IMG/VR virus record: IMGVR_UViG_3300031785_000048
Coordinates: 1 to 26,398 of that record
DNA length: 26,398 nt
Direction: 5' to 3' (one strand)
Origin: a virus
Taxonomy: Duplodnaviria > Caudoviricetes
The position numbers and the translations under genes are program-made. Positions 1 through 9,911 of this stretch are shown here, in pieces; the first letter of the stretch is position 1; each line of letters starts with the position of its first letter. The notes beneath the pieces were generated by a model. It was not told the origin of the DNA. It worked only from the letters and a program-made list of their open reading frames with translations, and did not search any database.

Positions 1-2
1 TT

Positions 3-3000
3 GCTGATGGATTCTTTATTGAAGATTACACATATGATGCTACTGGAGATTTGGATATCCATAATACAAGATTCTGCAAAACACCAGAGTATCCAAATGG
101 AACTTATGCATATTTTGCAGGTATATCGACTGATGGAACATTTACTCCAAAATTCCCTTACTTTGTAGGTAAAAAGTTTAGATCATTGAATCAATTAGAT
201 GATAAAGATCAAAGTTTTGATTTAAATTCATCAGATTTAGTTAGAAATACTTTTCCACATCAAATAGGTGTAGATGGGTCTAGAAATGATTTTGTTATTG
301 AATCTCAAAGTTTCTTTAGTCAAGAATCGTCTATTGAGTCTGTTACTAAGGGATCTATTACCAGTGTAGATATTAGAAACAAAGGAGTAAACTATAGAGT
401 AGACGATATAATCAACTTTGATAACACAAATACCAATGGTGGTGGTGCTAGTGCAAGAATTTCTGAGGTAGAGGGTAAAACAGTTCTTTCTATAGCATCT
501 TCTATAACAGAGTTTAGTGATTGCACATTACTTTGGGATAGAGGTAGTATTAATGTTAAAGTTAATCCTTTCCATTCTTTTCAAACTAATGATGTAATTT
601 CTATAAGTGGTTTATCAACTTTTGTAGATCAGATTGCAGGACTAAGAAGAGTCGCAATATCTACAGAAAACTTTAACATATACCAAGGATTACCTGCTAA
701 TAGTTCCTCTGGTATCATGACAGACATTTATGTTTCTAATATACCAAAATCAGTATCCATTGGATCTACAATCGGTATTGGAACAGAAGTTTTATCAGTA
801 TTGAATATATTCAAACAGAGAGGTATAATTAGAGCAAAGAGAGGTGTTACAGGCACAGCACACGCAACTAATACTAGAGGATTTGTATATCCAAATACAA
901 TCAAAATTGATATTGATGCTCCCTTCTTTGACTCATCATTAAATGAAAAAGTATTCTTCAATCCAACTGAATCTGTTGGTGTTGGATCTACCGCAGGTGT
1001 TGAAAATAGAGTAGAGTATCCTATAGGAGATAAAAATTATGTTATCTCTATACCTAATCAAAGTATTTTCTTACCCAAGCATCCATTCAAGACAGGAGAA
1101 AGAGTAATCTTAAGGAAGAATGCGGGTGGTAGTTCTATTTCTGTGGCAAACACTGAATCTTCTGCAACATTTGATATTGGAGATACAGATCAAAGTCTTT
1201 TCGTTATTAATAAATCTGAAGATCTTATTGGTATTGTAACCCAATCTGGTTTAACCACATCTACAAATGGTTTATTCTTCTTTAGTAATGGTTCTGATAA
1301 TTATGAATATTCTTTAGAACCAACTAAGAATAAAATTATATGCGTAGTCCAGAAAAATGATGCAGTAATTGCTGTATCAACTGCACATAATTTACAACCT
1401 GATGATTTAATTAAACTAAAAGTAAAACCAAGCAGAAGTGTTGGAATTGGATCTTCTACTCAAGTTAGAGTTAAGTATAACTTTGACATAGAGAAAATTG
1501 TTATTGATCCTATCGGATTTACTTCAACTGCTATTAATACTTTAGATAATATAGTTACACTTAATAATCATCCATTCGTAACAGGAGAAAAAATATATTA
1601 TAATGCTACAGACGAAGTAGCAACTGGTTTAGAACCTGGTTTATTTTATGTTTACAAGGTTGATAAAAATAGATTCCAACTTGCTCTTACATATGAAGAT
1701 TCTGTAGCATCTCCTCCTAAACTTATTTCAATAGGATCTACAGGTGGAGCTGAGCAAGAGTTCTCTGCTATCAACCCAAGATTATTACCAACTAAAGGTA
1801 ATGATTTAGTATTTGATTTATCAGACTCTACATTACAGGGATTTAAGTTTAATTTATATACTGATCAATTATTCTCAAATCAATTCGTTTCTGTTGCTAA
1901 CACAACAACATTCTCAACTTCAGGTGTTGGAACTGTTGGTGTAACATCAACTGCTTCATTTACCTTAAAATATACTGATTCTTTAGTTGATATTGTACCA
2001 GATCCTACACAACCTTTATTCTATAATGTAGAAAGAGGTGGATTCATATCAACAGCAGACTCTACAGTTATTGACTATAACCAAATAACATTTGAGGATA
2101 GTAAGTACGATGGATCATATAATGTTATTGGTGTAGGAACTACTTCATTTGTTATATCTTTACTTAAAGATCCTGAATTAGAACTTTATACACCAGATAT
2201 TACTAGTTCCATGGAGTATACAACTACTTCTAAGACTGCTTCTGGTTCTATTTCTAAAGTTCAAATGGTATCAGAGGGTAATGATTATAAACAATTACCT
2301 GGTATTTCAAGTATTACAACTTTAGATGGTTCTGATGCCATACTGTTTGCTCAGTCTCCAACAATAGGTAAGATAAAGCAAATAAGAGTTATTGACCAAG
2401 CATTTGAGTATAATACAGACAAAACAATTAGACCTGAAGCAAATATACCATCTACACTTGAATTAAGATCTAATTTAACAATAACAGATGTAGAAATTCT
2501 TAATGGTGGAGATAATTATACGACCCCACCTGATGTTGCGATTGTTGATTCAGTTACAGGAGAAAGAATTAATGATGGTATATTAACAACAGAAGTTCAA
2601 TCAAGTTCAGTTTCTGCTGTTAGTATTTTTGAACAACCAACAGGACTTAATTTTAACAGTAAAAATTTATTTACCGTTAATAATAGTAATGGTGTTGGTA
2701 TATCCACTATGCAATCTTCAACTAGTGGTATTGTTACATGTTTCTTAACTACACCTTTATTAGGATTCAGCACTAATCCATTTACTGTTGGAGAGCAAAT
2801 ATTTGTAGAAGGTATTACTAAAAACGGAATAGGTGGTAGTGGATTTAACTCTGAAGATTATGGATTTAGATTCTTTGAAGTAATATCATATGAAAATCTA
2901 ATTCCTGCAAAACTTAAATTTAGTGTGGCAGGTTTAACCACTAATCCAGGTCTAGCAGATACTACTCAAGGATCATTTGCAAACATAATTAAGAGATCTG

Positions 3001-6000
3001 ATTATCCAGTGTTCAAAGTAACTCAAGGAAAGAGTATATTTACACAAGGAGAACAGGTATATATTAATGGTCAACCAACAGATCTAAACGTAAGTACAGT
3101 TTTACCAGATTACATTAAAACATCTGGAAAATTCCAAGTAAAATCTGGAGATACTATTAGGGGAGTCCAATCTGGTTCAGCTGGAGTTATATCAAAAATT
3201 ATAAAGAGTGATGCTAAATTTGATATTGATTTCTCTGTAAGGTCAAATCAAGGTTGGAAGAAGAATACTGGACAACTTAATAACGATATACAAGTTTTAC
3301 CTGATAATGATTACTATCAAAACTTATCATATTCAGTTAAGAGTCCTATTCAGTATCAGGATTCAATAGATGTAATTAATCGTTTAGTCCATACAACTGG
3401 TTTAAAGAACTTTGTTGATGTTGGAATAGCAACTCTTACAAAAGTAGGTGTGGCAGTAACAACTGTAAAATCTCTAATATTTACAGATATAATAGATGAA
3501 TCTAGAGTTGACACAATTTTTGGATTTGCTCAAGCAAGAGATGCTGATGTTCAGTTAATAGAGAATAGAAATTCATCTAAATTCCTTGAGTTTAGGAACA
3601 AGAGTTTTGTTGATAGTGTTATTTGTAAAACAAATAGAGTTCTTGTAATTGATGATGTAAGTAAACAGTTTACAAATAAAGAAAACGTAAATGATAGTTT
3701 CATAGATTTAGATGAATCTGGAAAAGATTTTGCAAGATACTTAGTTCAAACAAGAAGCACAGACAATTTACAGAATGCTATCCATGAAATTATTGTTCTT
3801 CATGATCCAGAATTTGAATCAGTATTTACCTTAAGAAAGGGATACCTATCAACTACAGGTATAGCAAATACATCAACTAATGAATATGGATATACTGAAG
3901 AAGAATTTGCAACACTAGAGGGTTTTGTTGATGCATTTGATGTTCTATCTCTAAGATTTACTCCTAATGATGTATTCAATATTGATTATGATATTAAATT
4001 AATTAAAGATACATTTAATGGTAACGTAGTTGGATTAGCATCTACATCTATTGGTTTAATTAAGAATCAATCTACAAACGCTATAGTAGGAGTTGGATCA
4101 ACTAATACAATACTTGAATATGATGCAGGTAACTTTGATGCTATGCACGTTCATCTACATCTAAATGCTAATGATCTGTTTACTCAAAACTATACTGAAT
4201 TATACATTCATCATGACGGAACAGACACTTATGTAGCAGATTACTATTTTGATTCTGATTCAGCTCAAGGATTTAGTGGTAATGATTTTTCAAACTTTGA
4301 TGCAGGTATTACTACAGAAGGAAAACTTAGATTATCATATACAAACCCACTTACTGTTCCAGTAACTGTTAGAGCAAATGCTGTTGGATTTGGTGCCACA
4401 TCAAATCCTGATGGTGCTTTAAGATTTAAAACTGCAAAGACTCAAGCAGATGGAGATGAAAGAAGTTCATTCTTCTCAGGTAACTCTGTGGTTGGAACTG
4501 GAGAAACTACAATCTTTACTGCAAGTGCAGACACAGTTAATTCTGTTAAATCATTAGTTAGTGTAAGTTATGGATCAACATATGCTTTACATCAAATACT
4601 AACACTAAGTCCTGATAGTACAAACACTTATTCAACACAATATCCTTTCTTATCTGTTGGAAGCACAACAGGAATAGGAACATTTGGTGCTGCCATTGTT
4701 GGTTCAAATCTTGAACTTAAATTCTTCCCTGAACCTACTGTAACTGGAATTGTTACTGTTAAATCATTTAATGAGGTTCTTTATCAAGAATTAGATCAAG
4801 ACAGTAAAGAAGGTTTATATGAAAATATAAATTATGGTTCTATAAAAACACAAGAATATAAGATTGGACTATTTGACGCAACTAATAGTTCTAGAATTAA
4901 TAAAACATCATTCAAAATGGAGTATCAGGATACACCTATATTCCAAAAATTCTGGGATCCTGCTAACACTACAACGTTAAACAAGGAAACTGGTGAATTT
5001 AGTATTACTAATCACTTCTTTGAAACTGGAGAAGAGTTAATTTATAGAGCAGGAACATCAGTTTCAGGTCTTACATCTACTTCTATTGGTATTGGAGCGA
5101 CTGCTGATTCTATTGGTATAGTAACTAATACACTCCCATATCAAGTTTATGCAATTAAAGTTAGCAACGAGAAATTTAAAATTGCTACAAGACCTGAATA
5201 TGCATCTGCGGGAATAGCAGTAACATTTACTAATAATGGAGCTGGAAATAATCATTCATTTGAAATGGTTAAGAAATTAGAGAAAGCAATAATTTCTATT
5301 GATGATGTAATTCAATCTCCTCTTGCATATACACCGATTGTGTATGATTTAGAAGCAAATGGTGGACAAATAGGAACTGCAACTACAGTATTCTCAATGA
5401 CTGGTATTTCTTCAATATTCAATGGAGATATACTAAAAATTGAAGATGAGTTTATGAAAGTCGGTGGTGTTGGTTTAGGAACCACATCAGTAGGACCAAT
5501 AAGCGATGGCGATGTAAGACTTATCGAAGTTGTAAGAGGTGCTGTTGGTACTGCAGCAACAGCACATGCTGACGGAACATCAGCAAGAATTTATAGAGGA
5601 TCATATAACTTCTCTGGACAAAATATCTTCTTTACTGATCCACCAAAAGGAAGTGGTTTAGTAACTGTAAATGAAAGTAATCTTCCTAAAGGATTCTCTG
5701 AATTTAATGGAAGAGTATTCTTGAGAAAAGATTACTCAAATAACTTGATATATGATGATATTTCTAATCAATTTACTGGAGTTGCTCAAACATTTACAGT
5801 TAGAAGGTCAGGTATTAATACAACTGGTATAGAAACTGGAAGTGGATTAGTTCTATTGAATGGAATATTCCAAACTCCAACAACAGATAATAATGCAGGA
5901 AATAATTACTTCTTTAAAGATGATGGAAGTAAAACTGAGATTGTATTTACAGGTATAACATCTACTGATGGAACTCCAGTAGTTTCACTAGAAGATCCTA

Positions 6001-9000
6001 ATCAAAATGCCTTCCCTAAAGGTGGTTTGATAGTTTCAATAGGATCAACTAATGGTTTAGGATTTGCACCTCTAATTGGTGCTGACGTTTTACCTATCAT
6101 AGGTGCAGGTGGATCAATATCAGGAATAATTGGTATTCCTACATTTACAACACCTGGATATTCTATAAGTACTGCTTCTTATGACTTCACAACTGGAATA
6201 TTAGATGTAACAACAGGTACTGCCCATAATCTAAATGCACAGAATGATGATGTATATCTTGAAGATTTGAAGTTTACTAGTGCTCTAGGTATTACAACAT
6301 ATGGAAATAATACATTAGGAAACATATTCCCAATAACTCAAATTGTTGATAGCACAAGATTAAAGGTAAAAATAGGTATTACAACATTTGATCAAACTTA
6401 TGTTGGATTTGGAACAGTGTATCCATACTATAACTCTACTTCTAGAGCATTTGGATCTGGTTATAATGGAAGAGTTGCTATTGGTGTTAGTGTATATGAA
6501 CCTGGACATACAGGAAATAATGCTGTTATATCTGCGGAAGTTCTAACTAACGAACACAAATATTGGTATGGAACATCAAATAACATTTATTATGGTGGAC
6601 AATATACTCATACATTTGATTCTGCATCTACAGGTGCTGTAAATGTTCAAAGTGGTGCTGAAGCTGGTAATCAAAAGACACCTAGCAGTGCTTCATATGA
6701 TCCAATAACTGGAGATATGACACTAGCATTTGCTAGTCCACATGGAATGAGCACTAGCGATACTATAACTCTTGATGATGGTAGTATTAGTTTCAAATGT
6801 GCAAGAGATAATTATGCTACCGTTCATGCTTATCCTCGTCCACACGATCCAATTTCAGGAGTAACAACTGCTGTTACTGTAAGTTCAACAACTGCATTTA
6901 CTTTAAATGTTGGAAGAAGTTTAAATTCTAGTGTATCAATATCCACAGCGTCTTACGAACCATCCACAGGTGATCTTGTATTGAACCTTGGAGCAGGACA
7001 CGGGTTTACTGCTGCAGGAATATTAACTTGCAGTGATGCGTCTTATAACCCCTCTACAGGTGTATTAACAATAACCACAAGTGTTCCACATGGTATGGTA
7101 ACTGGAGAAAGAGTTCAACTTGCTCCTAACTCATTCACATTCACTTGTGCAAAAGATAATAATAAATCTGAGCATTACTATCCAAGAGAAGATGATCCAG
7201 CTGCAGCTAAATGGTTAGCAATAACTAAAGTTGATGCAGACACGTTCACTGTGGTTGTGGGCACGTCATCTGACACATCTGCACACACATTTGTAGGTGC
7301 ACAGTCTGGTAATATTAGAACTGATGGCCCGAATGGCTCAATTGGTATTCATACAAGAAGTTTAACCTTTACTTGTGCACAAGATAATCATGCAACATTC
7401 CACTCATATCCAAGAGCAACAGATCCAATACACAGAGCAGTTCTAGGTATAGGTGCAACAACAACTGAAACAATTACTGTTAACGCAGGAACATCTGTAA
7501 ATGGAACAGGTGGTCAACTTAAATTTACTATCGTAGATGGTGGTACTGGATATGTTAATCCAGATGTATTAGTTGATGAACCAAGTTACACAAATTTAGA
7601 TATTAAGGGTACATTTAGAAGAGGAATCGGACAAACTAGCGAAACTGGTGTTAATGAGTTAATTAATCTTAAATTAGGACCTAATTCAAAACCAATATTT
7701 GAAAATCGCTTTGCTGATGCAGGGGATCTAATTGATGCAAACAAATTATTAATTGCTGATATCTCTGTAGGAGAGATGTTAAAAGTATACCCATCATTCA
7801 GTGTACCAGGCGGACCACAAAACTGTAAGGATGATGTTATTGATGTTCTTGAAGCAGTAGCATTTAACTTAAGATTTGGTGGTAATGATGAAGTATGGAA
7901 TGCTGCAAATCTTTATATCACTGGAGCACATGTTGCAGGAGAGGAGCAAGAATCAATCTACGTATTCCACGCTGCAAGGGATTTAGCAAATAAAGTTATT
8001 AATAACGTAGCAGTTGCTAAATCTGACTACACAGTAAGAGATCAAGTATTTGATCTAACAATTACAGCAGATCCTGCTGTAGGATACAATACAGATCCTG
8101 GTGGTTGTGCCAATGTACAATCAGCAATCAATTCATATGTTGGTATTGTTACTAGTGCAATTGGTTTTAGCACTGTATCTGCTAAAAAATCATTTGCTCC
8201 TGCTCAGTTCTTTGAAGTATCTGATTTCTCAATCAAAGGTGTTGGATACGCATTTGAACTTGGAGATAAATTCCAACCTGTTGGATTAGTAACAGCAAAA
8301 GGATTGAAAAAACCAATATCACCATTTGAAATAGAAGTTGTTGATGTATTCAATGATAAATTTGCTTCTTGGCAGTTTGGACAATTAGACTTTATTGATC
8401 CTATTGAAAATCTACAAGATAGTGTAAGAACTGTATTCCCACTTTTATATAATGCTGAATTAGTTAGTTTCCAATTAGATAAAAATGATAATGATTCAAA
8501 ACTAATTGATATTGATGCTGTATTGGTAATCTTTATAAATGGAGTTTTACAAGAACCAAAAGATTCATACATCTTTGATGGTGGATCATCAGTACAATTC
8601 CTTGAAGCACCAAAACCAGAAGATAAAATTTCTATATTCTTCTACAATGGAACTAGAGAAGTTGATAGTGTAGAAACTGATATTGCTGAAACAGTAAAAG
8701 TCGGAGATACCATATCTGTTAGAAAAGCATCTGGTATTTCAACATCTGTAAATCAAACAGAAGGAAGAATAGTTTATGATATTGCAACTTCAGATAGAGT
8801 TGAAACTAACGTTTATGCTGATAGTGGTATTGATGCGTTCAATGATAGAAGTGTCAATTGGACTAAACAGAAGAGAGATCTCTTTATAAATGGAAGATTT
8901 GTTTCTAAAGCAAGAGATTCTATTGAGGGAATGATATTCCCAACTTCAAGAATTATCAGAGATGTTAATGTTGGAGATACTGATATTCTTCTTGATAATG

Positions 9001-9881
9001 CACAATTCTTTAATTATGAAGAAAATGAGTCTAGTGTAGTAACTGCATATGTTGATGCTGTTGTAATAGATGATATTCCAATAGTTGGTGCTGCTGCGAC
9101 TGCAACAATAGATTCAAGTGGAAAAGTTACTGCTACAACTGTGACCAATCCAGGTTTCGGTTATACGACAGCAACTGTTGAAGTTAAATACTCATCTCCT
9201 AAGAATGTTGGGGTTGGTATTGGCACAACAGCAACAGGAACTGCAACCATAGTAAATGGATCAGTTTCAGTGGTAAGTGTTGCTAATCCAGGTTTTGGAT
9301 ACACCAATTCACTTAACGTGCCTGTTGCTCCTCAGATCATAATACCTCAACCAAGATTGGTTAATGAGGTAGTAACAAACATTCAAAATGTTCAAGGTAA
9401 CACTGGAATCATAACTGGTATTTCAACAGTTGCAGGTATTGGAACTGATTTAGCAATCAAGTTCTTTACTGATAATACTCTTGATTTACAAGTTGGTTAT
9501 CATATTGTTGTTACTGATACCACAGTTGGAAGTGGTGTTACTTCAATATACACACATGATAATGATATTATCGGAGTAGGAACAGAGTTTGTTGATAACG
9601 TTTATCGAGTTCATCAAATCCCTGTTGCAAATGAAATTGTATGTAATATTAAGTCTGATACAGTATCTACTGGTATACAGACACTTGGAACTTCGATATA
9701 TAATCCTAATGGATACTATTCTTGGGGAAGACTTACTAATTTTGTAAGAAATGCTGAACCTATTTCCATAGGAGTCTCTGGTAGAACTGTAACTTCAGGT
9801 CTCTCAACATACCCTCTAATGCAAAGAAGAGGTTACGGTTTGAGGGATAATGGAGCGATCAGAAAAATACTCCCAGATTAA
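3..9881 (+). CDS. gp7: Giant baseplate wedge initiator, T4 gp7-like (5'-truncated; more than 3290 aa in window)
   Basis: Frame is open from nt 3 (ADGFFIEDYTYDATGDLDIHN...), so the TTG at 51 is not the real start. Contains QVLPDNDYYQNLSYSVKSPI...HTTGLKNF (about 3291-3413), a motif recalled from cyanophage gp7-like proteins. Lies directly upstream of gp8. G/T/S/V-rich beta-repeat architecture. Confidence 0.8.
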   Translation, partial: ADGFFIEDYTYDATGDLDIHNTRFCKTPEYPNGTYAYFAGISTDGTFTPKFPYFVGKKFRSLNQLDDKDQSFDLNSSDLVRNTFPHQIGVDGSRNDFVIESQSFFSQESSIESVTKGSITSVDIRNKGVNYRVDDIINFDNTNTNGGGASARISEVEGKTVLSIASSITEFSDCTLLWDRGSINVKVNPFHSFQTNDVISISGLSTFVDQIAGLRRVAISTENFNIYQGLPANSSSGIMTDIYVSNIPKSVSIGSTIGIGTEVLSVLNIFKQRGIIRAKRGVTGTAHATNTRGFVYPNTIKIDIDAPFFDSSLNEKVFFNPTESVGVGSTAGVENRVEYPIGDKNYVISIPNQSIFLPKHPFKTGERVILRKNAGGSSISVANTESSATFDIGDTDQSLFVINKSEDLIGIVTQSGLTTSTNGLFFFSNGSDNYEYSLEPTKNKIICVVQKNDAVIAVSTAHNLQPDDLIKLKVKPSRSVGIGSSTQVRVKYNFDIEKIVIDPIGFTSTAINTLDNIVTLNNHPFVTGEKIYYNATDEVATGLEPGLFYVYKVDKNRFQLALTYEDSVASPPKLISIGSTGGAEQEFSAINPRLLPTKGNDLVFDLSDSTLQGFKFNLYTDQLFSNQFVSVANTTTFSTSGVGTVGVTSTASFTLKYTDSLVDIVPDPTQPLFYNVERGGFISTADSTVIDYNQITFEDSKYDGSYNVIGVGTTSFVISLLKDPELELYTPDITSSMEYTTTSKTASGSISKVQMVSEGNDYKQLPGISSITTLDGSDAILFAQSPTIGKIKQIRVIDQAFEYNTDKTIRPEANIPSTLELRSNLTITDVEILNGGDNYTTPPDVAIVDSVTGERINDGILTTEVQSSSVSAVSIFEQPTGLNFNSKNLFTVNNSNGVGISTMQSSTSGIVTCFLTTPLLGFSTNPFTVGEQIFVEGITKNGIGGSGFNSEDYGFRFFEVISYENLIPAKLKFSVAGLTTNPGLADTTQGSFANIIKRSDYPVFKVTQGKSIFTQGEQVYINGQPTDLNVSTVLPDYIKTSGKFQVKSGDTIRGVQSGSAGVISKIIKSDAKFDIDFSVRSNQGWKKNTGQLNNDIQVLPDNDYYQNLSYSVKSPIQYQDSIDVINRLVHTTGLKNFVDVGIATLTKVGVAVTTVKSLIFTDIIDESRVDTIFGFAQARDADVQLIENRNSSKFLEFRNKSFVDSVICKTNRVLVIDDVSKQFTNKENVNDSFIDLDESGKDFARYLVQTRSTDNLQNAIHEIIVLHDPEFESVFTLRKGYLSTTGIANTSTNEYGYTEEEFATLEGFVDAFDVLSLRFTPNDVFNIDYDIKLIKDTFNGNVVGLASTSIGLIKNQSTNAIVGVGSTNTILEYDAGNFDAMHVHLHLNANDLFTQNYTELYIHHDGTDTYVADYYFDSDSAQGFSGNDFSNFDAGITTEGKLRLSYTNPLTVPVTVRANAVGFGATSNPDGALRFKTAKTQADGDERSSFFSGNSVVGTGETTIFTASADTVNSVKSLVSVSYGSTYALHQILTLSPDSTNTYSTQYPFLSVGSTTGIGTFGAAIVGSNLELKFFPEPTVTGIVTVKSFNEVLYQELDQDSKEGLYENINYGSIKTQEYKIGLFDATNSSRINKTSFKMEYQDTPIFQKFWDPANTTTLNKETGEFSITNHFFETGEELIYRAGTSVSGLTSTSIGIGATADSIGIVTNTLPYQVYAIKVSNEKFKIATRPEYASAGIAVTFTNNGAGNNHSFEMVKKLEKAIISIDDVIQSPLAYTPIVYDLEANGGQIGTATTVFSMTGISSIFNGDILKIEDEFMKVGGVGLGTTSVGPISDGDVRLIEVVRGAVGTAATAHADGTSARIYRGSYNFSGQNIFFTDPPKGSGLVTVNESNLPKGFSEFNGRVFLRKDYSNNLIYDDISNQFTGVAQTFTVRRSGINTTGIETGSGLVLLNGIFQTPTTDNNAGNNYFFKDDGSKTEIVFTGITSTDGTPVVSLEDPNQNAFPKGGLIVSIGSTNGLGFAPLIGADVLPIIGAGGSISGIIGIPTFTTPGYSISTASYDFTTGILDVTTGTAHNLNAQNDDVYLEDLKFTSALGITTYGNNTLGNIFPITQIVDSTRLKVKIGITTFDQTYVGFGTVYPYYNSTSRAFGSGYNGRVAIGVSVYEPGHTGNNAVISAEVLTNEHKYWYGTSNNIYYGGQYTHTFDSASTGAVNVQSGAEAGNQKTPSSASYDPITGDMTLAFASPHGMSTSDTITLDDGSISFKCARDNYATVHAYPRPHDPISGVTTAVTVSSTTAFTLNVGRSLNSSVSISTASYEPSTGDLVLNLGAGHGFTAAGILTCSDASYNPSTGVLTITTSVPHGMVTGERVQLAPNSFTFTCAKDNNKSEHYYPREDDPAAAKWLAITKVDADTFTVVVGTSSDTSAHTFVGAQSGNIRTDGPNGSIGIHTRSLTFTCAQDNHATFHSYPRATDPIHRAVLGIGATTTETITVNAGTSVNGTGGQLKFTIVDGGTGYVNPDVLVDEPSYTNLDIKGTFRRGIGQTSETGVNELINLKLGPNSKPIFENRFADAGDLIDANKLLIADISVGEMLKVYPSFSVPGGPQNCKDDVIDVLEAVAFNLRFGGNDEVWNAANLYITGAHVAGEEQESIYVFHAARDLANKVINNVAVAKSDYTVRDQVFDLTITADPAVGYNTDPGGCANVQSAINSYVGIVTSAIGFSTVSAKKSFAPAQFFEVSDFSIKGVGYAFELGDKFQPVGLVTAKGLKKPISPFEIEVVDVFNDKFASWQFGQLDFIDPIENLQDSVRTVFPLLYNAELVSFQLDKNDNDSKLIDIDAVLVIFINGVLQEPKDSYIFDGGSSVQFLEAPKPEDKISIFFYNGTREVDSVETDIAETVKVGDTISVRKASGISTSVNQTEGRIVYDIATSDRVETNVYADSGIDAFNDRSVNWTKQKRDLFINGRFVSKARDSIEGMIFPTSRIIRDVNVGDTDILLDNAQFFNYEENESSVVTAYVDAVVIDDIPIVGAAATATIDSSGKVTATTVTNPGFGYTTATVEVKYSSPKNVGVGIGTTATGTATIVNGSVSVVSVANPGFGYTNSLNVPVAPQIIIPQPRLVNEVVTNIQNVQGNTGIITGISTVAGIGTDLAIKFFTDNTLDLQVGYHIVVTDTTVGSGVTSIYTHDNDIIGVGTEFVDNVYRVHQIPVANEIVCNIKSDTVSTGIQTLGTSIYNPNGYYSWGRLTNFVRNAEPISIGVSGRTVTSGLSTYPLMQRRGYGLRDNGAIRKILPD
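6174..7496 (+). repeat. Protein-level repeats ASY[DEN]xxTG...H[GN] and FxCAxDN...HxYPRxxDP inside gp7
   Basis: ASYDFTTG (6174), ASYDPITG (6690), ASYEPSTG (6948), ASYNPSTG (7038); three copies of F[KT]CA[RKQ]DN....H.YPR..DP. Confidence 0.85.
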
Positions 9882-9884
9882 AGT

Positions 9885-9892
9885 AATAAATA
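9885..9892 (+). promoter_or_regulatory. T4-type late promoter (gp55 sigma) box AATAAATA
   Basis: In the 30-nt gp7-gp8 spacer, 19 nt before the ATG at 9912. Matches the NATAAATA late consensus of T4-like cyanophages. Confidence 0.75.
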
Positions 9893-9911
9893 GAAAGAAA
9901 ACTGTCTAACA

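Noticed and set aside
51-53. TTG start of the 3276-aa ORF
   Set aside because: The frame is open to the window edge and the TTG lies inside a conserved GDLD motif; the true start is upstream.
8533-8892. TATAAATG near-matches to the late promoter inside gp7
   Set aside because: The last base mismatches, both are explained by recurring FING codons, and no gene start is nearby.
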